Source of the DNA: Ylistrum balloti
Taxonomy: Eukaryota
DNA length: 64,000 nucleotides
Reading direction: 5' to 3'
Assembly (NCBI RefSeq): GCF_031769215.1
Contig: NW_026782059.1
Location: 434,001-498,000 of the forward strand
A model generated the notes under the pieces. The model was not told where the DNA came from. It saw nothing but the letters and a program-made list of their open reading frames with translations, and ran no database searches. A program made the translations under genes and the position numbers. Shown here piece by piece: positions 49,501-60,530 of the stretch; the first letter of the stretch is position 1; each line of letters starts with the position of its first letter.

Positions 49501-52314
49501 GTACTTACATGATGGTTCATGTTGACGATTAGTTATGACTACGTTACTGATGTTTGCCATGTAGCCAAGATTTACTTTCCACCATCTGTCGCCGGTGTCG
49601 CGCGTATGTGAACACGAGCCTTTACTATACCACGGGTTCCGGTTACCGTCCACGGCCCTTGATGCCACGCCTTTGTAAATAACAGAGGATTGAGAAGCAT
49701 TCTTGTGTAAGGCGATGTTGTGTAATGTACAGGTATTATCTGGAATAAAGACACCACAGAGGGATGAATAAGGAAAGGAATGTAGGTGATGGTGGGGATG
49801 TGAGGGATGTAGGTGGGGATGTGTGTGGTGTGTGTGATGTGGGGAATGTAGGCGAGGATGTGTGTGGTGTGGGGATGTGTGTGGTGTGGGGGATGTAGGT
49901 GGGGATGTGTGTGATGTGAGGGATGTAGGTGGGGATGTGTGTGGTGTGAGGGATGTAGGTGGGGATGTGTGTGGTGTGGGGATGTGTGTGGTGTGGGGAT
50001 GTGTGTGGTGTGGGGATGTAGGTGGGGATGTGTGTGATGTGGGGAATGTAGGTGAGGATGTGTGTGGTGTGGGGATGTGTGTGGTGTGGGGGATGTAGGT
50101 GGGGGTTTGTGTGGTGTGGGGGATGTAGGTGGGATGTGTGTGATGTGGGGATGTGTGTGGTGTGGGGGATGTAGGTGGGGATGTTGGTGGGGACGTGTAT
50201 GGTGTGGGGAATGTAGGTGGGGATGTGTGTGGTGTGGGGGATGTAGGTGGGGACATGTGTGGTGTGGGGGATGTTGGTGGGGATGTGTGTGTTGTGGGGG
50301 GATCTAGGTGGGGATATGTGCGGTGTGGGGGATGTAGATGGGGATGTGTGTGGTGTGGGGGATGTTGGTGGGGATGTGTGTGGTGTGGGGGATGTAGGTG
50401 GAGATGTGTGGTGTGGGGATGTTGGTGGGGACGTGTGTGGTGTGGGGGATGTAGGTGGGGATGTGTGTGATGTGGGGGATGTAGGTGGGGATTTGTAAGG
50501 TGTGGGGGATGTTGGTGGGATGTGTGTGATGTGGGGATGTGTGTGGTGTGGGGGATGTAGGTGGGGATGTTGGTGGGGACGTGTATGGTGTGGGTGATGT
50601 AGGTGGGGATGTGTGTGATGTGGGGGATGTTGGTGGGGACGTAGATTGGGATGTTTGTGGTGTGGGAATGTAGGTGAGGATGTGTTTGGTGTGGGAACGT
50701 AGATGAGGGATGTTTGTGGTGTGGGAATGTAGGTGGGGATGCTTGTAGTGTGGGAATTTACGTGGGGATGTTTGTGGTGTGGGAATGTAGGTGGGGATGC
50801 TTGTAGTGTGGGAATTTACGTGGGGATGTGTGCGGTGTGGTGGATATAGGTGGGGATGTGTGTGATGTGGGAATTTACGTGGGGATGTGTGTGATGTGGG
50901 GGATGTAGGTAGGAATGTGCGTGATGTGGGAATTTACGTGGGGATGTGTGCGGTGTGGGGGATATAGGTGGGGATATATGGTTTATGGATGTAGGTGATG
51001 ATGTAGGTGAGAATGCGTATGGGCTGATGGTGTAGTGATGTAAGAGGAGATATGTGTGGTGTGGGGATGTAGGTGGGGATGTGTTTGGTGTGGGAACGTA
51101 GATGAGGGATGTTTGTGGTGTGGGTGATGTAGGTGTGGAAGAGAGTGGTGTGGGGATGTAGGTCGGGATGTTTGTGGTGTGGGTGATGTAGGTTGGGATG
51201 TTTTCGGTGTGGAGATGTAAATTGAGATGTAGGCGAGGTTGTGGGGGATTTGAGGATATGGCAGATGTAGATTGGGGCGTGGTGGGGACGAAGATGGGGA
51301 TATAGATGGGAATTTAGATGAGGATGTTGATGGAGATGTTGGTAAGGATGGGTATGTTGATGAGGATGGAAATGTAGAAATATAGGTAGGGATGTAGGGA
51401 TGTAGATGGGGATGTTTGTGGTGTGGGTGATGTAGGTGGGGATGTAGTTGTGGATGGGAATTACATGAGGATGGAGATGTTGATGTGGATGGGAATGTAG
51501 ATGTTGATGTAAATGTAGATAGGTATGTAGATGTTGATGTAGATGTAGATAGGTATGTAGCTGGTAATGTAGATGTAGATAATGAAGTAGATGGGGATGT
51601 AGATGTAGATAGGTATTAAGATGTTGATGTAAATGTAGATAAGTATGTAGATGGGGATGTAAATGTAGATAGGTATGTAGATGTAGATAGGTATGTAGAT
51701 GGGGATGTAAATGTAGATAGGTATGTAGATGGGGATGTAGATGTAGATAGGTATGTAGATGGGGATGTAAATGTAGATAGGTATGTAGATGGGGATGTAA
51801 GTGTAGATATGTATGTAGATGGGGATGTAGATGTAGATAGGTATGTAGATGGGGATGTAAATGTAGATAGCTATGTAGATGGGGATGTAGATGTAGATAG
51901 GTATGTAGATGGGGATGTAGATGTAGGTATGTATGTAGACAGGTATGTAGATGGGGATGTAGATGTAGATATGTATGTAGATAGGTATGTAGATGGGGAT
52001 GTAAATGTAGATAGGTATGTAGATGGGTATGTAAATGTAGATAGGTATGTAGATGAGAATATATAGGGGAATGTAGACTGGGATGTCCAATGTCTACATA
52101 GACAAGATCCTGACAAATAACCAGTGATATGTTTTCTATATATTCTACAAACCTGTAATAACTGGAAACAAAAATATACGTAACGGAAAACAGACTGCAA
52201 AAAATGCTCGCATTGTCTACTTCTTATTTTGTTTTACATACCTGTATTCCCTTCAACAACGTGTATCAAGGTCCAAAGAAATCGCCCGAAAACAAGCACT
52301 AACGAAAAAATCAT
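41955..52314 (-). CDS. Putative type-I membrane mucin / F-type lectin protein (possibly partly pseudogenised or mis-assembled)
   Basis: Phase-1 exon chain: signal peptide 52314-52242; S/T/P array exon from 52109; lectin exon 49739-49509; 43861-43811; terminal exon 43585-41955 with stalk, TM and stop. Confidence 0.7.
42277..43390 (-). repeat. 30-bp coding VNTR ([10 protein letters not shown]), ~37 copies
   Basis: plus-strand unit GGAGACTCAGGACTGGTGGAAGTGGTAGAC. Confidence 0.95.
43811..43861 (-). CDS. Short linker exon of mucin/lectin gene
   Basis: strong acceptor ttttttccttgtag and donor GTAAGT; phase 1/1; [16 protein letters not shown] with two N-x-T/S sequons. Confidence 0.65.
43885..45130. 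repeat. 47-bp GA-rich intronic satellite, ~26 copies
   Basis: unit GAGAGACAATAGACACAAAGTGATGGGACAAAGAGAGAACAAACATA. Confidence 0.95.
45250..46020. mobile_element. Related dispersed Helentron-like element
   Basis: CCATTTTGTTTTTCTGATC and GGCCATTTTGTTTC repeats, GACAGACAG..GGACGACAG microsatellite at ~45975. Confidence 0.45.
46410..46730. repeat. 56-bp tandem repeat, ~5 copies
   Basis: unit ATGTCAAATGTCTGGGCATCTCTAACCAGCCAATCTTACCTAACAGTATATCAAAC. Confidence 0.9.
46900..48432. repeat. 47-bp CA-rich intronic satellite, ~30 copies (degenerate at left end)
   Basis: unit CAGTCACTCACCAAACCTACCCATGTACCTCAACAATAACAGATTCA. Confidence 0.95.
49509..49739 (-). CDS. F-type lectin (fucolectin/F5-8 type C-like) domain, N-terminal half
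   Basis: [12 protein letters not shown]...ASRAVDGN...CSHT...WWKVNLG...ISNVVITNR matches the F-type lectin signature; acceptor ttattccag, donor GTAAGT at 49508. Confidence 0.9.
49780..51460. repeat. G/T-rich ~30-bp degenerate array (minus frame [10 protein letters not shown])
   Basis: unit GGTGTGGGGGATGTAGGTGGGGATGTGTGT with frequent 1-nt length variation in the G runs. Confidence 0.9.
51465..52109 (-). pseudogene. Mucin-like exon (GSCLCRHW + [10 protein letters not shown] repeats) with two in-frame stops
   Basis: acceptor tttgtcag at 52111-10; possible phase-1 donor TCA T|GTAATT at 51464 gives 645 nt (multiple of 3); synonymous-type variation in the S/T/P frame, but TAG at 51873-71 and TAA at 51618-16. 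Confidence 0.45.
51470..52060. repeat. GATGTA-based array with 30-bp higher-order unit (minus frame [10 protein letters not shown])
   Basis: unit GTATGTAGATGGGGATGTAGATGTAGATAG. Confidence 0.92.
52242..52314 (-). CDS. Signal-peptide exon of mucin/lectin gene
   Basis: [24 protein letters not shown], then phase-1 donor G|GTATGT at 52241. Confidence 0.7.
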
Positions 52315-53389
52315 GGTTTTTTTCCGAAAGGGACATCTCTACTTCGTAAAAGTTTTGTAACACCGAGATGTGTTTTCCCCAGGTGATGGCAGTTCACACG
52401 GTATTATCAGCGTATCCATGAGACACCAGTAAACTTCATTTCTTTGTTTCATCATTGTGTGTTGTTATCATGGTATCCATATCAATTTCTTTCGATATTA
52501 ATACTGGATTTTTTTTTTCAAATAAATTCCATACGCATCAATGCCGTTTCCTTAAAATAGCAATGTCGTGTCCATTCATTCTATTTCCATGGGGTATATA
52601 ACGGTTGCCTTAATGCATATCAGCATAATGTAAAACTAAGGTTCTTTCCGTTGTGTCCTTCTGACACAAACCTTGGTATCGTCTGGACGGTTTCTGTTTC
52701 CTGTTGAATGTTGTCGCTATTTTGACACGGGTAACGCACGAGCTGAGACCGTGACACGGATAATGTGTTCAACTAGGCTCGTGCAGTAAATTATTTAACT
52801 ATCATAACACAAATATGTAATTAACTTCGTAGCATTTGCTGCCAACGTTTCAGAATGACGCTTTTTTCACTCTATATCACTCATGATATTAAAATTACCA
52901 TCGTTTATTCAGTTGTGAAACATCATTAGTTTTATTATATATCTATATTATATCCTCTTTCATGCTTCTAACTTTTCACTTTGACGTATGGTTAACTTTA
53001 TAAACCCCATATAAGGACTGCAATCAATGTCGTTTTCAGACAAGACAATCTGAAAAGACAAGCATGAAATATGGAAGACGGGAGTGTACTTTGTAATTTC
53101 CAACCCTGAAATCCTATGAGATTTTTCCGGTCATTGTTCAGTCGATAATGTGACAATGCGGTCTTCGTTATTTGGAAGTTGCCTGTACCTCTAAGCCATT
53201 AATAACATATTCAGTATTTTCACGTTACCCTTCGCCCTATAATGATTAAGACGGAATCGGTTAAAAAATCCGTGCTTTATTTTTCGAGGGAGATAATTCC
53301 CTACGTTTATACAAAATAAGTTGGCCGACTCCAAATTTCGTCGAACTCTATGAAGGTGTTCTTGACACGAAGAGTTAAGGTTAACAAAT

Positions 53390-55440
53390 AGACAGATATA
53401 GTAGTCTCGGTGAGACTATGACGTTGCGTCCTGAAAAAAATTCTAGAACAGTGTCGGATGTGGCAGGACAGGCTAGTGTGGGAATGGTAGTCCATCCCAC
53501 ACCAATGACATTTGTAGTCCAAAGCTGGACAGTCGGTCAGGTTTTGGGCGGCCTTTCTCCCCGATCATTTTGAGCAGGTGGTGATTACTGTACCGTCTCC
53601 GAAAAGTCCCGCAGGCATTCAGTTAGACTTTGGACTTCGCTTTGTCAGTAGAGACATGGTCCAAAGAGAGATGCCTTCTGTGGCAGTTCCGAAGGCATGC
53701 TTAAGTATGACTATGAAGACGGTATCAAGCAGGATGGTTGCAATGTCTTGCTCCGTTTTACTTCTCTACGGATGTCGAATGTGTCCGATGTTGAACCGTC
53801 GAAGACCACAGTGCCCTTTCAGCCTTCACAGATGAACGAGGTGGACAGATGATTTTGTTGGGGATCTAACTGAGGCTATCCCTGCTGACTAGGTCGAATG
53901 TCTTCACCAGATCTATGAAGGCGATGAAGAGTGGCTGCCTTTATTCATCGCTCTTCTTCTGAGCTGTCCGAGAGAGACGACCATATCGATGGTGGGCCAC
54001 ACTGATTCTGGGTAGACCCTCTCTGCAAAGTACTTGAAGCCTCTTTAGTGTGACTCGAGCAAAGAGATTCCCGAGGACGCTGAGGAGAGAAATCCCGAGA
54101 TAATTGCTACGGTCAACCATATCGCCTTTGTTTTTTGATAGAGTGGCACCCCTACTGTCTCGTGGCAATTTGCCTTCTTTCAAGCAAAGACAGTTAATTT
54201 CGTGCATCTCAGTGAATAGGGTCCCTTTGCAGCTCTTCAGGACCTAGTCAGGAATGCCGTCCTTTCCAGGAACTTAACTAAAGGTAACATTATCCAGGGC
54301 CTCGATCAGCTATCCGAGAGTTGGTTTTCTGTCAAACTCTTGCAACACAAACAGGCCCTCGATGGTGTTTTCAGGGACGAAGTTCTCCTTTGTGTAAAGT
54401 TCAGTGTAGTGTTTTATCTAGCGCAGTATCTGTTGTGCCTGGTCCAGGATTACCTTGCTGTGGTTGACTGCAAAAGGTGAGAGTCCGTTATCTCCTTCTC
54501 TGCCTTCGCACAGCCTTTTGATGTTTCCGGTGTCAGCTGCAATCTTGGAGCAGAGCGGGAGCCAGTAGTCAGTGATGTATCAGTATCGTCTAACGTTCTG
54601 CTGCAGTTATCTTTCGGCGGAGGACCTACAGATTCCGTTCACTGGGGCAAATTTTGTACACAGTCAGGATGTGTCTCTTCTCCTCGATCACAGTTATCAG
54701 TTCCGAGGAGTGAGTCTCAAGCCAATCTGGCCACTTGGTGGTCTTTTATCTAAAGGTGGACGTGTCAGCGTTCTAGACAGCGTCCGTCTGTGCAGTGCTC
54801 CCATCTTTTGCAAGCCTTTTTACTGGAAGGACCCGGAAGGGAGCCCTCTAGAGCTCTTGAAAGCTGACATCGATGAAAAGTCTGGCATCCATTCCAGCGA
54901 AGCTGGAGTGTTCTCTCCAGGGCAGTAAATATGGAAGTCCTGCGTTGCCCAAGCGTCAAGACCCTTCCTCTTGGTCTCGCTGGATGAGTCTTAAGTAAAG
55001 GACATTAGAAATCAGGTTGACTGCACATCCGCCTTAGCGGCTCCACTCCGGATTTGTGCAGGTTTTACTCCCCTGGTATTTGCCTCTCCCGGGGCACCTA
55101 CATAGCAGTGGGGCTAATTACTCGTAGCTTGGGTCAGTTCACGGGACCAGGGCGTATCCACAAACCAGGGGCTACCGTGCTACATGGCTGGGGTCCTGAC
55201 CTCCTCCGAGTCATCTGTAGTTTAGCTTCAGTCTCTAAGACGCTCAGGTACCATACATGCTATGGAGAGGCACACCATGAGGTACATTGTTCCTGAGGCT
55301 ATGTTTGGTAGAGAGAGGCTTACACACAACACTCCTATTTCGTATGACTGCTAGCCAGCAGCGATAGCTCAAACCGGGAGTGACAAGCACGGCCACTACA
55401 ACAGCAGAGGCCCTTTTCGTTCACCTGGTTTTGTTGCTAA
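53390..55440 (-). mobile_element. Degenerate RTE-clade non-LTR retrotransposon (LINE), internally deleted
   Basis: RT motifs KGD...NYLGISLLSVLGNLFARV, TIDM, remnants of FID..KAFD and FDGSTSDTFDIR; linker DYWLPLCSKIAADTGNI; C-terminal CHWC...H...HC knuckle; many stops and frameshifts. Confidence 0.85.
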
Positions 55441-55489
55441 TATTGATTAACTACAATTAAAGGAAATCAGTAGGATGTATTTCCCTGTA

Positions 55490-56725
55490 ATAGCCTCATA
55501 CCTTCTTTCAAAGGGGGCTAGATGCACTGCTTGTACAAAACTGAGTTCTCTTTGCCAAAGATTTCTTTAGTTTGAACAGAAGGATTTTAAGGAATTTGCT
55601 CTATTTTACCTATTTGTCCTCGCCCCAAGGGGCAGAGACCTACAACTGATACAAATTTAATTCCCATTCATCCAACAATGCTTTAGGCCTAATTTGGGAA
55701 ATCCAGTCCTGCAGGAGGATTTTAAAGTATTGGTCTAATTCTATTTGGTTTAATCCTCTTCACCATGCATACTTCATATCAAATTGAACATCCAGGTATT
55801 CCTCCACAAGGATTATAGAGAATTTGCTCCAGGAGGCCGACTTTCACTGATTATATTAAACTGAATTCTCTTCCTCCAAGCATTCTGCAGGCCAAATTTT
55901 GACGTTATAATGCTATCCCTGATGAGCAAGACGGATTTGAAAAAAGAAAATCGATTTTTCCCCTTTGAACCCTGCCCCTCTGGCCACCAAGTGGGTCACT
56001 GATTTCTCTTCAACTAGGCATGCTTCAGACCAAATCAATCGTTCAAGACTATTTGTATTTTATACAACAAGAAATCCCAGAGGGATCTTGGCGTCCACCA
56101 TTGTTTGATCTTTATATGCTCTTTGAAAGTTGGATATTTTCCCTTTTTTCACTTTTCTTCTCTGTTAATCTGGTAATCTTCACTTGCAAATTCCAAAATG
56201 GCCACCTGGAAGCCATTTTGTTTCTTCTGATCAGTCCCAAAATCAAACGAGCACAAGGACAGACCAAAGGAAACATACGTAAAAAAATTGAGAGATGTCC
56301 ATTCAGTACTTTTTAAGAAATAGTAATAGCAATCTTTACTAGGTAAATCTTAGATGGCTGCCTGTCGGCCATTTTGTTTTTCTGGTCAATCCCAAACACA
56401 AACAGGCACAACTAGGCACTAAAGGGCACCTACATTGAAATTTAAGAAAGATACATGTACTTCTCAAGAAAGAGAAATAACAAATTTTCATAATCAAAAT
56501 CAAAGATGGCTGCAATTCCACCATGTTGATTTTCTAATCAGTCCGAAAATAACAGGGGGACAACTAGGGACTAAGGGATCCATCCAGGACCTCTCAGGAA
56601 ATAGGGATGACAAGAATTATTTACGGAATGACGGACGGACAGACGGACGACAGATGATGATGGCAGGCAAAAAAGTTGAGAGACAACAGCATACCTATAG
56701 CTCCTTTTGGGCCAGGTGAGCTAAC
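55490..56725 (-). mobile_element. Probable non-autonomous Helentron-like (HINE-type) element
   Basis: terminus TAGCTCACCTGGCCCAAAAGG, (GACG/GACA)n microsatellite at ~56630-56650, internal ~150-bp degenerate repeats (GGCCATTTTGTTTT...GCACAACTAG); a layout recalled for bivalve Helentron derivatives. Confidence 0.55.
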
Positions 56726-56911
56726 CAACCATTAAATTGACAGAGAATTAGGCAATATAACTAAAAAAATTTGTAAGACATGAATGTTTCCTCTTCCATG
56801 AAAAACCAGAATCATTTCAGATATAGAAAATGATGTTGATACTATGAGGTAAGTATGAACCATTTCTATGGAGAAGTTCTCAAAATAAGGTGTTGATTTA
56901 GTATGGGAGGT

Positions 56912-56914
<3 letters not shown>

Positions 56915-56942
<28 letters not shown>
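56915..56942. repeat. (CAGA)n microsatellite
   Basis: direct reading. Confidence 0.85.
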
Positions 56943-59097
56943 GCTATATGCTTTCTCCTGCCCCAAGATAAAGTGACTGGGGTATAGTCTTATCTCTCTG
57001 ACTAAAATCAGAAACAACTCATAAGTACTGGTTGTAAAGTCATCTTTTATTCAAGAAAAAATTATCATAAATGATTTCAATCTGATGATGTTAATACATT
57101 TTGTATTGCTGAATCAAATTTGATTTGTTCTTTTCTTGGAGAGTTGAGTTGTAAACATTGTAGGAAGAAACACAATGTAAAAGCAGAGACTTTAAATAAT
57201 AACATTAGTTTGGAGAAGAATACAGGCTTATATAAAAGTTGTACAGGGCTGTTCTCATGTTTAGGGTATTTTTTCGCAGGGGGAGACAATTAGCAAATTC
57301 AAGATAAATGCTAGAATTTGTAGACCAGTTAAGTAAATTTCAAAATCACAAATTCAACTTTTGGGAAATTAGGAATATTACACATCAGTGTAAAAACATT
57401 ACTGAGTGGAATCTGTGATGGTGCAGTGAATCTTGTCAACTATGTTGATATCAATGTAGTTCCAGCTATTTAAATTGTGAAATGAAACAGAATGCTAGGA
57501 CTAAAAGATGAATACTATATTCACTCCATTAACAGCAATGGCATCAAAGAAATATTTTTTTCCCCAAAAAAAGATGGAGTTTGAATTATTTTTGATAACT
57601 GAATTAAATGACAGAAACATGATGGGGGCAGGGGTATACCAAACTTTTCTACTTTTTGATTACACAAGAGACAAACACACCAATTTAAAGAGCGTATCCA
57701 ACTTTTCGAAAAAAAAGACAAAACAAAACAAAACTCTTCGGTGTTATAACGGTTTGACCTATTCTTTGATGAAATCTTCCTTCCTTATGATATTCTTTTG
57801 ATTTTTAACATCTTTTACACAAATCATTTGTGGTATCCACCACACTCTTGATTTCTGGATTTCATTTATTTTCATACATGATTAATATAACTGGGGTTAT
57901 AAGTAGGTCCCAGACAGAATTTTTTAACAAATAAATACAAGTCGTTTCTGTTTGAATTGCAGTTAAGGGATTTGATAATTAGGACAGGAAGAAGACATTT
58001 GCACTAAATAACACACAGAAACAGAATATTTAATATAATCAACAAATGCTAGATGTTCCTGAGACAAAAACATTAAAAGCACATTTAGAGAACATTAAAT
58101 AAAATCAATCAAAAAATTGACCTTGATACATGTACTATTCATAATAATTTAGCCATAAAGTCACAAATCAGTACAATTTTCTCTTGATTACTTGATATGG
58201 TACATTGCTACACAAATCGACATTTCTACATTTAACGAAAACATAATCAAAATATTGAACTTTAATAATGACATCATATTAAACGGTGATGTCATCAAAA
58301 ATTGACAAAATGGTGACATCACATAAAACGACATACATTTATGACATCATCAAATCAAATGATGACATCATCACAAAAATTATGACATCATATAATATAG
58401 ACATCACATAAATTAATGACATCATCACAAAAATGATGACATGATGATACAATGACATAACTTGAAATTATTTCTTAAAATCACAAAATTACAGAAAAAG
58501 GGTAGAGTAATCACAATGATATGGTGATGACACTTTGGCTACTTTTTCAAGACATCATCACCATACGGAATAAGCATTTCATTCATAATATCACAATACA
58601 TGAGCACATCATCACCATCATCATTTCTGATGACATCATTACAAAACCTATGACATCATCATAACATGTGTATAACAATACCTTTTAGATGTCACAGATG
58701 ATCCAGTATTGACTAAAGCACTATGAATTACACAACTGCTATGCAATATATTTTCCTGTTTCACTAGTGACGTCGAAAAAATATAATGTACTATATATCA
58801 TATTTAGTATTAATTCATTTAACTCTAACTGAACACATAAAACAAATTATCGTCATCAAATTTCAGAATACACCGAGGAATCTTACTACGAAGTACTCAT
58901 CTCCACGTTTTTGGATTTAAATAAGTCTCTCTCATACACTCTTTTCTTCAGAGTCAGACAACCTTCACAGTCACAGCTGGATCTATCAATTCACTCTCAA
59001 AGTCATGTCAATATTACACCAGATTAGGACTAATGTTTAAATATGTGTAAGTATAATGACATACAAAATAACACATCTCTCTTTCTCTCCGTTGTTT

Positions 59098-59325
59098 AAA
59101 GATTTGTCAGCTTACCGACCTACAATATTACACACATCTGTATTGTTTAAAGATTTGTCAGCTTAACAATCTACAATATTACACACATCTGTATTGTATA
59201 AAGATTTGTCAGCTTAACGACCTACAATATTACACACATCTGTATTGTATAAAGATTTGTCAGCTAAACAATCTACAATATTACATACATCAGTATTGTT
59301 TAAAGATTTGTCAGCTTTACAACCT
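59098..59325. repeat. 51-bp tandem repeat, ~4.5 copies
   Basis: unit AAAGATTTGTCAGCTTAACGACCTACAATATTACACACATCTGTATTGTAT. Confidence 0.9.
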
Positions 59326-60294
59326 AAAATATCATGCATCTCTCTCCCTCTTCTATTTACTTTATAAGGATATGCAGGCAAAATTCATATCACTGAACTT
59401 TTTATATACAAATAACATAAACATTTATGTATTTTCTGAGAAAATGAAAAGAAAATGCAGTGTTACATGTCGGTGCTATCTGTTGATATGGTAATAAAAC
59501 GGATTATAAGATATAAGGTAGTTTATTTTAAAAAAAAGGTCATTCAACATGGTGTAAGATGCTGTAACAAGACAGGACAAATTATTGCTATGAATCCTGG
59601 TTATTTCCCGTATATTTGTGCATCCATGTAGCGAACCAAAGTATAGCTGTTTTCATGCTTATATTCCGCAATTTAATTTTGACTGGTTGAAATATTTTGG
59701 TGAGTATACCGGGACACTTTTTATTCTTACATAGGCATGGATTTCATCTGATACATATATATATATCTAAGATTAAAACAAAGGTAGAAAAAAATAAACA
59801 AAAGATCTCACTATAAAGAGCCAATGAAAATAACTTATTGTTAAACAAAAAAAAAAAAATAAATAAAAAAAAAATAAAGGAAACAAATCCCTAAAAATCT
59901 AACAAGCTGTAAATGAATCGGTAAAAGATTAAAAACTAAAACGTCAGGGACTTATTTATGAAATGAGACAATACATGGTCTACATGCTCTAAAAATAACT
60001 TGGTGAATAAAAAAAATAATTAATTCTGCAAGGGGAATTCATTAGTTAATGGATTTGAAAAAAAATAGTAAGATTTAATTGCAGTAATTATGATTCATTA
60101 TACCTATATTATAAACAATTATCACAATAAAATACTACAATGAGTTTTAGTACAATAAGTATGTGATAATGACACATACTGAAAATCCCTTTCTATATAT
60201 ACATGTGTCAATTTGAATTTTCAATCAGTCCCAATACTTATAACATATGATATATAACAGCTATTGCAATATAATGTTAGATTCTAGTTATCAA

Positions 60295-60530
60295 AGGATA
60301 TAAAGGGAGATAACTTGACATGAAGGGAGATAACCAGGGACCTAAAGGCAGATAATAAATGATACAAAGGGAGACAACAAATTATACATGGAAACATATA
60401 AAATGATACAAAGGGAGATAACACATGATACATGGAAAAATCTCAATTTATACAAAGGGAGATAACAAATGAAACATGGACACACATTAAATGATACAAA
60501 GGGAGGTAACAAGTGATATAATGGTTGTAA
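60295..60530. repeat. Degenerate ~45-bp repeat
   Basis: recurrent GATACAAAGGGAGATAAC...ACATGGA. Confidence 0.6.

Noticed and set aside
49862-50498. Plus-strand GVGDVGG / WCGGC ORFs
   Set aside because: Translations of the G/T-rich array opposite the lectin gene; no start or splice context.
51461-52090. 209-aa [12 protein letters not shown] and the His-rich third frame
   Set aside because: Open only through repeat composition; the substitution pattern fits the S/T/P frame better.
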